From positions 32,000 to 95,999 of the forward strand of contig CALEUG010000006.1 of the NCBI GenBank assembly GCA_937920515.1: 64,000 nt of DNA. The letters run 5' to 3'. Below the pieces are notes generated by a model, which was given only the letters and a program-made list of their open reading frames with translations, searched no databases and was not told the DNA's origin. The translations under genes were made by a program, and so were the position numbers. The stretch's first letter is position 1. Every line of letters begins with the position of its first letter. Of this stretch, positions 57,276-64,000 are shown in pieces. Origin of the DNA: an uncultured bacterium. GTDB lineage: Bacteria; Acidobacteriota; Aminicenantia; Aminicenantales; Saccharicenantaceae.

Positions 57276-58058
57276 TCAGTCCCTGACCAGTTTTTTTAAC
57301 TCTTCTAAATATTTCTTGACAGTTTCCCGGTCTTCCTGGCCTACCAGCTTCGGGTATAGCTTTTCAAAATTTCCTTTGGCTGAGCGATAAAGTCCGGCAT
57401 TGTACTGGGCCCGGGCCAGGTTAAAAAGAAAAGTCGTGTCGTCGGGGACGATTTTTACCGCCTGTTCGAAGGCCAGCACCGCCTCGTCCAGGTCTCCGGT
57501 CTTCTCCAGAATCAGACCCCGCAGGTTGTGGGCCATGGCAAAGCGATTTTTTACCTGGATGGCCTTCTGCACATTATCGTAAGCTTCATCATACTTTTCC
57601 TGGACAAAATACATCCGGGCCAGGTTGTAAAACGGTAGTTCCCGGGTGGGGTAATTGGGGTCGAGCAGGGCCTGACGATATTCGGCTTCTGCCCGGTCAT
57701 ACTGGCCGAGCTCGAAATAGATGGTACCGAGGTTGTTGTGGGCTTCACTGAACTGGGGGTTAGCTTCCAGGGCCTTCCTGAAGGCCTGGATGGAAGCCTC
57801 GAAGTTGCCCTTCATCGACTGGGTCAGTCCCAGGGCATTCCAGGCCAGGTGGTTCTTCGGATTCAGGGACAGGCTCTTATTAAAATATTTTATGGCTTCA
57901 TCGAGGTTGTTGTTATTGAGGTAAAACAAGCCCAGGTTGTACTGATACTGGGGGTCATTGGCCCTGGCTTTTTCCATTTTGCTCTGGGTGGAGGCGCAGG
58001 TGGTCAGGGCCAGGAGTAGTAATAGAACCAGCAGCGTTTGCACCTTTTGCCTTTTCAT
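57276..58058 (-). CDS. TPR-repeat lipoprotein (PilW/PilF-like)
   Basis: Lipobox LALTTC, then about six TPR units (…AWNALGLTQ…, …AHNNLGTIY…, …AMAHNLRGLIL…). Confidence 0.7.
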   Translation of the reverse strand: MKRQKVQTLLVLLLLLALTTCASTQSKMEKARANDPQYQYNLGLFYLNNNNLDEAIKYFNKSLSLNPKNHLAWNALGLTQSMKGNFEASIQAFRKALEANPQFSEAHNNLGTIYFELGQYDRAEAEYRQALLDPNYPTRELPFYNLARMYFVQEKYDEAYDNVQKAIQVKNRFAMAHNLRGLILEKTGDLDEAVLAFEQAVKIVPDDTTFLFNLARAQYNAGLYRSAKGNFEKLYPKLVGQEDRETVKKYLEELKKLVRD

Positions 58059-58092
58059 CTTTTCCTCCTGCCTTCTATTTTTATTGGCATTC

Positions 58093-59097
58093 TTAAACTT
58101 TTTCTTCCTTCAGGCTCCTGGACATCAGATCTTCCAGGGCCTTATGAGCCGGCTTGCCCCGATAAAGGACCTCGTAGACCTGCTGACAGATGGGCATCTC
58201 GATTTTCTTATGAATTGCCAGCTTGTGAACGGTCAGCGTATTTCTGACACCTTCAGCCACCATTTTCATCTCTGACAGCATCTGTCTCAATGATTTGCCT
58301 CTGCTCAGCTCCAGCCCGACCCGGTAATTCCGGCTCATCTCGCTGGTGCAGGTCAGGACCAGGTCACCCAGTCCGGCCAGTCCGTAGAAGGTTTCCTTTC
58401 TGGCTCCCAGAGTCAGCCCCAGCCTGGTCATCTCCACCAGGCCGCGGGTTATCAGCGTGGCCCGGGAGTTGTTACCATAACCCAGGCCGACTGAAATTCC
58501 GGCGGCGATGGCCATGACATTTTTGACTGCCCCGCCCAGTTCCACTCCAATGACATCGGTCGAAGTGTAGATTCTCAGCTGCCGGCTGGAGATGGTCTCC
58601 TGCAGTTCCCTGGCCAGGGCCTGGTCCCGGCTGGCCAGGACCAGGGCCGTCGGGTGACCGGCAGCCACTTCCCGGGCAAAACTCGGACCGGACAGCACGC
58701 CCAGCCTTAGCTTTCGGCCGGAATCAAAGACCTCTTCCATGACCTCGGTCATGGTCTTAAAGGTTTTTTGCTCGAGGCCCTTGGTCAGGCTGACTATCAG
58801 CTGTCCTTTTTTCAGGTGTTCGTCCATTCTCATATAAATCTGACGGCAAAACTGCGAGGGCACGGCCACGAACACTACTTCATTTCCCTCAAGGGTTTCA
58901 GCTATGGTCTTGTGGAAACTGACGGTAACCGGGAACTCGTAACCTGGCAGAAAGGTGTGGTTGACTCTGGTCTGGACCAGGTCAGCCAGAACTTCTTCTT
59001 CTCTAACCCATAGCCTGGTGGGGAAACCCAGGCGACCGAGATAATAAGCCATGGCCGAACCCCAGCTCCCAGCCCCGATGACGGCAAATTTAACCAT
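58093..59097 (-). CDS. gpsA: NAD(P)H-dependent glycerol-3-phosphate dehydrogenase
   Basis: N-terminal FAVIGAGSWGSAMA and a GpsA pattern throughout. 8-nt overlap with plsY. Confidence 0.92.
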   Translation of the reverse strand: MVKFAVIGAGSWGSAMAYYLGRLGFPTRLWVREEEVLADLVQTRVNHTFLPGYEFPVTVSFHKTIAETLEGNEVVFVAVPSQFCRQIYMRMDEHLKKGQLIVSLTKGLEQKTFKTMTEVMEEVFDSGRKLRLGVLSGPSFAREVAAGHPTALVLASRDQALARELQETISSRQLRIYTSTDVIGVELGGAVKNVMAIAAGISVGLGYGNNSRATLITRGLVEMTRLGLTLGARKETFYGLAGLGDLVLTCTSEMSRNYRVGLELSRGKSLRQMLSEMKMVAEGVRNTLTVHKLAIHKKIEMPICQQVYEVLYRGKPAHKALEDLMSRSLKEEKV

Positions 59098-59683
59098 TCA
59101 GTTTTTCTCCAAATTTTCTCTCTGTCCCCGCCAGTAACCGCTTTATATTTTCCTTATGCCTGAGTAATATTATCAGGAAAAAGAGCCAGCCCGTCCAGAA
59201 CAGGAAATTCTCACCGGTCAGGATGAGAACCAGGACGGGCAGTGCCAGCAGGCCGGTCAGGGCAGCCAGGGAAACGTACCTGAAAGATAAAAGTATCAAA
59301 ATCATAAGGCCCAGGCTGATAAGCAGCGGCAGGGGAGCAAGGTGGAGGAAGCCGCCGACGGTGGTGGCTACTCCCTTGCCTCCCCGGAACCTGAGGTAGA
59401 CCGGATAACAATGGCCAATGACTGCGGCGAGCAGGCTCCAGACGGCCAGCCTGCGGTCGGCAAAAACGTTCACCGCCAGGAAGACCGGCAAAAACCCTTT
59501 GAGCAAATCTACGATCATTACCGGTATGGCCAGCTTCCAGCCGCCGTAGCGAAGGACATTGGTGGCACCGGTCGAACCGCTGCCGACTTCCCTTATATCT
59601 TTTCTGGAAGAGATCCTGACCAGCAAGAAACCCGTGGGAAAGGCACCGAGGAAGTAACTAACGACTACCAGCAGTATTTTCAT
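59090..59683 (-). CDS. plsY: Glycerol-3-phosphate acyltransferase PlsY
   Basis: 197 aa membrane protein with motifs GSGSTGATN and RFRGGKGVAT. Confidence 0.92.
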   Translation of the reverse strand: MKILLVVVSYFLGAFPTGFLLVRISSRKDIREVGSGSTGATNVLRYGGWKLAIPVMIVDLLKGFLPVFLAVNVFADRRLAVWSLLAAVIGHCYPVYLRFRGGKGVATTVGGFLHLAPLPLLISLGLMILILLSFRYVSLAALTGLLALPVLVLILTGENFLFWTGWLFFLIILLRHKENIKRLLAGTERKFGEKLNG

Positions 59684-59693
59684 CTTGGATTTT

Positions 59694-60251
59694 TCATCTC
59701 AGGTAATGACGGCTGATTACCCGGTACTCGGGCCCCTCCGGGTGCAGAATGCTCTGAAAAAGCTCTACCTCTTTTACCTCCATGGTCCCGAATTCCTGCT
59801 GGCTGAGCCTGTCCAGTTCGGCCTTCAGCCGGTCCTGCTTCTGCGGTTCTCTAACCCGTCCAATCGTCAGGTGAGGGGAGAAGGCCCGTTCTTCTCTTTC
59901 AAACCCTTCCCGGCTCAGGGCTTCTTCCAGTTCGGATTGAAGAGAAAAAAGCTCTTTTCCGGCTTCGAGCCCGACCCAGACCACCCTCATCCGGCTCTGG
60001 CCGGGTGGAAAGCTTCCGGTTCCCCTGGCGATCAGGTTGAATTTCTGGTATCTTCCTGCTACCTCGTCCAGAACAGCCTTTATGACTTCAACCCGCGGCT
60101 CGGCCACCTCGCCCAGAAACTTAAGGGTCAGGTGATAGTTTTCCGGAGCCACCCACTTCAGGCCTGCAGCCATCGGTTTCAGGAGCCTGACGGCTGCGCT
60201 CAGGCGGTTCTTGATTTCCGGACTGAGGTCAATGGCGATAAATGTTCTCAT
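59694..60251 (-). CDS. thpR: RNA 2',3'-cyclic phosphodiesterase (2H family)
   Basis: Two H-x-T motifs: HLTLKFLG and HLTIGRV. Confidence 0.88.
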   Translation of the reverse strand: MRTFIAIDLSPEIKNRLSAAVRLLKPMAAGLKWVAPENYHLTLKFLGEVAEPRVEVIKAVLDEVAGRYQKFNLIARGTGSFPPGQSRMRVVWVGLEAGKELFSLQSELEEALSREGFEREERAFSPHLTIGRVREPQKQDRLKAELDRLSQQEFGTMEVKEVELFQSILHPEGPEYRVISRHYLR

Positions 60252-61534
60252 TTAAGCCCTGCCTCTTTCTGCATATCACGCAATTTTAACCTTAACATAT
60301 CCAGAGCTTTTTGAGTAGCCTGAAATTTAACCTGTTCCCGGCTTCCCCGGAAGAGATTCCTGGTAACCGTTGAGCCCCCGGGGAAGGCCAGCCCGACATA
60401 AACCAGCCCGACTGGCTTGACCTGGCTGCCGCCCCCCGGCCCGGCGATTCCGGTTGTTGACAGGGCAAAATCAGCCCCCGACTTTTTTCGCACTCCCTCT
60501 GCCATGGCCCGGGCCACCTCTTCGCTGACCGCTCCTTTCTCTCCAAGAAGCTCCTCCGGCACTCCCAGTTCAAGGGTCTTGCTCCGGTTGCTGTAAGTTA
60601 CCAGCCCCTCAAGAAAATAATCAGAACTGCCAGCAATGTTGGTAATCCGGTTGGCCAGCAGGCCCCCGGTGCAGGACTCAGCGCAGGCCAGGGTCCTGCC
60701 AGCAGCTCGCAGCTGTTCTCCAACCACCTTTTCCAGGGGCTGGCCCTCGGTGGAATAGACCAGATCACCCAGAAGTCGAACAACCCTTTCCTTTACCCTG
60801 CTGAAAGCTTTTTCCTGGGCTTCCGGGCGTCCACCACCAACCGGCATTTCCAGCCTTATCTGAACGTCACCGGGAGTAGCCAGGGTAATCAACTGCAGTT
60901 TGGCAGGAAGACTTTTATAGACTGGCCTGATCAGGTCTTCGACCATGGATTCTCCGGCCCCGGTTATCCTGATTACCGACCTCAAGACCCTGACTTCCCC
61001 GAACTTTTTAAGTCGGGGCAGCACCAGGTTTTCGACCATTGGCTTAAGTTCAGAGGGGGGGCCCGGAAGCAAGACCATCACCCGGCCTTTTCTTTCCAGC
61101 CACAACCCGGGAGCCGTACCGTTGGGATTTTCCAGAACTTCTGCCCCTTCAATCACGTAGGCCTGGCGACGGTTGGATGCGGGCATCTTCAGGCCGCCGC
61201 TTTCAAACCTCAGCCTGATTTTATCCAGGATGTCCCTCCGGAAGACCAGCCTGGTCCCCAGGACCTCGGCCACCGCCTGCCTGGTGCGGTCGTCATCGGT
61301 CGGCCCCAGGCCGCCGCAGACCAGAATCAGCCGGCTCCGCCTCCAGGCGATTTTGATGACCTGTTTCAGTTCCTCCAGCCGGTCGCTGACCACGGTCTTG
61401 CAGGACAGCGTCCAGCCCAGCTCCTGTAGCTTTTCGGAAATGAAAAGAGAATTGGTTTCCAGAAAATAAGGTGTCAGCAGTTCGCTGCCGACGGCTATGA
61501 ACTCTATAGTCCTTCTTTCTTGCTGGTTTTTCAT
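60248..61534 (-). CDS. cinA: CinA-family protein (MoCF-type domain plus nicotinamide-nucleotide amidase PncC domain)
   Basis: GGLGPTDDD motif and a C-terminal CinA domain (AESCTGG). I prefer the ATG at 61534, 1 nt after the pgpA stop, over the TTG at 61552. Confidence 0.88.
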   Translation of the reverse strand: MKNQQERRTIEFIAVGSELLTPYFLETNSLFISEKLQELGWTLSCKTVVSDRLEELKQVIKIAWRRSRLILVCGGLGPTDDDRTRQAVAEVLGTRLVFRRDILDKIRLRFESGGLKMPASNRRQAYVIEGAEVLENPNGTAPGLWLERKGRVMVLLPGPPSELKPMVENLVLPRLKKFGEVRVLRSVIRITGAGESMVEDLIRPVYKSLPAKLQLITLATPGDVQIRLEMPVGGGRPEAQEKAFSRVKERVVRLLGDLVYSTEGQPLEKVVGEQLRAAGRTLACAESCTGGLLANRITNIAGSSDYFLEGLVTYSNRSKTLELGVPEELLGEKGAVSEEVARAMAEGVRKKSGADFALSTTGIAGPGGGSQVKPVGLVYVGLAFPGGSTVTRNLFRGSREQVKFQATQKALDMLRLKLRDMQKEAGLK

Positions 61535-61535
61535 G

Positions 61536-61994
61536 CTAAAATCCAAAAACAAGTATAGCCAGCTGAAGCAGTATATTCACCACCAGCCCGCTGCCCAGGT
61601 CATCGGCCATTATGCCCCAGCCAGCCTTCAGTGTTTCCAGTTTCTTGACCCCCATGGGTTTAATGATATCGAGGATGCGGAAAAGAATAAAGGCCGGGGC
61701 CAGAATGACCCAGTCCGGTCTCAGCAGGAAAACGGCCAGAAGCTGTCCGGCCACCTCGTCGATAACCACCTTGCCCGGGTCTTTCAGGTTGAGACTCCTG
61801 GCATAAATCGAGGAAAAATAAATTCCGGCGGCAATGACCAGAAACAGAAGCGCCAGATAAAACGGCCAGGCCAAACGGTGGAGATAATACTTATAGAGAA
61901 CAACCATGGTCAGGCTGGCCAGTGTCCCGGGGGCCAGCGGAAAGAGACCGATACCGAAAAAGGTCGAGATTATTTTGGCCAGTTTAATCATCAA
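61536..61994 (-). CDS. pgpA: Phosphatidylglycerophosphatase A
   Basis: 152 aa with FFGIGLFPLAPGT and IDEVAG motifs. Confidence 0.88.
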   Translation of the reverse strand: MMIKLAKIISTFFGIGLFPLAPGTLASLTMVVLYKYYLHRLAWPFYLALLFLVIAAGIYFSSIYARSLNLKDPGKVVIDEVAGQLLAVFLLRPDWVILAPAFILFRILDIIKPMGVKKLETLKAGWGIMADDLGSGLVVNILLQLAILVFGF

Positions 61995-63309
61995 TCACCC
62001 GTCCTATCAAATCGTAATCAAGGGAGCGTTTTATCCGGACTTTGAGGAAGGCCGGCAGACCTTTTTCCCTCTGTCCCGCTGGCGGTTCGACCAGAACCTG
62101 CCCGTCAACTTCAGGCGCCTGAAACCTGGCCCGGGCGGTCAGATAACCGGGTTTCCGGGCTTCAGACCCGTCGACGATGACCTCCAGGGTTTGCCCGCGA
62201 AAGGTTGAATAGAATTGGCGGGAAATCTCTTTCTGCTGCCGCATGATCGTCTGTTGCCTTTTCTTCTTTTCGTTCTCAGGGACATCGTCAACCAGCCCGG
62301 CGGCCGGAGTTCCGGGTTCGGGCGAGTAGCAGAAAACTCCAAGATGTTCAAACCTGGCCCGGGCCACAAAATCCTGGAGTTCCTTGAACTCCTTCGGGCC
62401 TTCTCCGGGGAAGCCGACAATCAGTGAACTCCGGATGACCACTCCCGGAACCTTTTTTCTGATCCTGTCCAGCAACTTTAAGGCTCTGGTCCCGTTCAGG
62501 CCACGGCCCATTTTTTTCAGGATGGAACCGGAGGCATGCTGGAAGGGGAGGTCCAGGTAACGGCACATCCTGGGTTCCAGCATGACCTCCAGCAGGCTTT
62601 CATCCACTTCATCCGGGTAGCCATAAAGCAACCGGATCCACTCTATTCCTTTTACCGAAAGCAACCTCAACAGCAGGGTGGTCAGCCCAGTCTTTTTTCT
62701 GTCGCGTCCGAAATAGGTGGTATCGTGGGAAATAAGGTTGATTTCCTTGATACCCAGGGCCGCCAGGTTCTTAACCTCTCTCACCACCGATTCAACCGTT
62801 CTTGATTTATAGGGTCCTTTTATCAGGGGTATGCTGCAGAAAGAACAGCGACGGGAACAGCCTTCCGAGATCTTGACGTAGGCCCAGTAAGGACCGGTAG
62901 AAATTACCCGGGGTGTCCTGTGGTCCAGAAGAAAAGTCCCGGTGCGGTGCACATCCTTTTTCTTTTCGATTATCTCATCTATCCGGTCGAAAGCCCTGAC
63001 CCCGCTCCAGGCATCAACCTGGGGATAGCGGACCTTCAGGTAATCAGAAAACCTTTCGGGGTAACAGCCTACCACCACCAGAAGTCTTCCGGGCCTGGCC
63101 CGTTTCCAGCCCAGCCCAAGGTCAATGGTGCGATGGGCTTCTTCCCGGGCCGCTCTGATAAACCCGCAGGTGTTTATGATCAGGATGTCGGCTTCAGACA
63201 GGTCGGCAGTAAAACTATAGCCCCGGGCATCAAGCCTGGCCAGCATGACCTCGGAATCGACCAGATTCTTGGCGCAGCCAAGAGTTACCAGAGAAATTTT
63301 TGGCATCAA
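61984..63309 (-). CDS. rimO: Ribosomal protein S12 methylthiotransferase
   Basis: UPF0004 N-terminal domain (LGCAKNLVDSE), radical-SAM CSRRCSFC, C-terminal TRAM domain. Confidence 0.88.
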   Translation of the reverse strand: MMPKISLVTLGCAKNLVDSEVMLARLDARGYSFTADLSEADILIINTCGFIRAAREEAHRTIDLGLGWKRARPGRLLVVVGCYPERFSDYLKVRYPQVDAWSGVRAFDRIDEIIEKKKDVHRTGTFLLDHRTPRVISTGPYWAYVKISEGCSRRCSFCSIPLIKGPYKSRTVESVVREVKNLAALGIKEINLISHDTTYFGRDRKKTGLTTLLLRLLSVKGIEWIRLLYGYPDEVDESLLEVMLEPRMCRYLDLPFQHASGSILKKMGRGLNGTRALKLLDRIRKKVPGVVIRSSLIVGFPGEGPKEFKELQDFVARARFEHLGVFCYSPEPGTPAAGLVDDVPENEKKKRQQTIMRQQKEISRQFYSTFRGQTLEVIVDGSEARKPGYLTARARFQAPEVDGQVLVEPPAGQREKGLPAFLKVRIKRSLDYDLIGRVIDD

Positions 63310-63317
63310 TCCGAATT

Positions 63318-64000
63318 TCAGGGATAAATTCTGTACAGCAACCTTGGAAAAGGAATGGTCTCCCGGATATGAGGCAGCTTGCAGATCCAGGCCACAGTCC
63401 TCTCCAGCCCGAGCCCGAAGCCAGAGTGGGGAAATGTTCCGTAACGGCGCAGATCAACGTACCACTTATAGGCATCCCCGGGCAGGTTATATTCTTTGAT
63501 TCTCCGTTCCAGGAGCTCCAGGTCATGGATTCTCTGTCCACCGCCGATAATCTCCCCGTAACCCTCTGAAGCCATAAAATCGACACCCAGGGCCAGGTCT
63601 GGCCTCTGGGGGTCAGGCTGCATGTAAAAAGCTTTGATTTTGGCCGGAAAATGGGTGACACAAACCGGGCGGTCATAAATCCGGGATAGAATCGTCTCTT
63701 CCGGGGCTCCGAAGTCGTCGCCATAGGCCATCCTGGAGCCGTGTTCCACCAGCTGTTTTACCGCCTCCTCGTAGGTAAGACGGGGGAATGGTCTGGTTAT
63801 TCTCTCCAGCGGAGCCGTATCCCGTTCCAGGATTTCCAGGTCCTTCTTCCTTCTTTCCAGGACCCTTTCCAGGATGAACAGGATGAGATCCTGTCCCAGC
63901 TCGATTATATCTTCCAGAGTGGCGAAGGCCACTTCCGGTTCGACCATCCAGAACTCTATCAGGTGTCTGCGGGTTTTTGATTTTTCTGCCCGGAAGGTCG
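63318..64000 (-). CDS. asnS: Asparagine--tRNA ligase, 3' part (5' end beyond the window)
   Basis: The frame stays open to the window edge. Class IIb motif 2 [24 protein letters not shown], motif 3 GFGLGLER, C-terminus ...[10 protein letters not shown]. Confidence 0.85.
   Translation of the reverse strand, partial: TFRAEKSKTRRHLIEFWMVEPEVAFATLEDIIELGQDLILFILERVLERRKKDLEILERDTAPLERITRPFPRLTYEEAVKQLVEHGSRMAYGDDFGAPEETILSRIYDRPVCVTHFPAKIKAFYMQPDPQRPDLALGVDFMASEGYGEIIGGGQRIHDLELLERRIKEYNLPGDAYKWYVDLRRYGTFPHSGFGLGLERTVAWICKLPHIRETIPFPRLLYRIYP

Overview
This is a 64-kb stretch of a tightly packed bacterial chromosome with moderate GC by eye. I cannot assign taxonomy from the sequence alone. The gene content suggests an uncultivated anaerobic peptide/amino-acid fermenter, which is my inference.

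I support about 58 protein genes in alternating-strand operons, many with 4-14-nt start/stop overlaps. The ORF track also misses four RNA genes: a type-A RNase P RNA (rnpB), an initiator tRNA-Met, tRNA-Ser(CGA) and tRNA-Ser(GGA). It also misses one 46-codon CXXC micro-ORF.

The content is overwhelmingly core metabolism and housekeeping:
- Transport: an Fe-siderophore/B12-type ABC transporter and a Zn/Mn-type ABC transporter.
- Replication and RNA/protein maintenance: dnaX-ybaB-recR, tadA, and a long housekeeping operon (gpsA-plsY-thpR-cinA-pgpA-rimO-asnS).
- Central and amino-acid metabolism: PFOR (nifJ), thrC-hflKC, hom, rocD, glmS, ahcY, a hydantoinase/oxoprolinase pair, and a fused formimidoyltransferase-cyclodeaminase.
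- Peptidases: two pairs of M16 peptidases, pepP and pepD.

I found no CRISPR array, transposase/integrase, phage module, toxin-antitoxin pair or recognisable defence system. I therefore cannot point to a convincing novel multi-gene system.

The items most worth a second look are:
1. rnpB starts inside the 3' end of a sigma-54 regulator CDS and is followed directly by a consensus promoter and the initiator tRNA.
2. A translationally chained module links a GH127-like enzyme, a secreted rhodanese, the CXXC micro-protein and a NapH-like polyferredoxin.
3. An M16 pair in which both subunits have lost the HxxEH zinc site is coupled to the fused FTCD gene.
4. A Tat-signal fucose-isomerase-like protein sits next to a nine-Asp-box secreted protein.
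5. Extended -10 (TGn) promoters recur across the window, and some are placed for leaderless mRNAs.

All functional calls come from motifs I can read in the translations plus recalled family knowledge. No searches were run.
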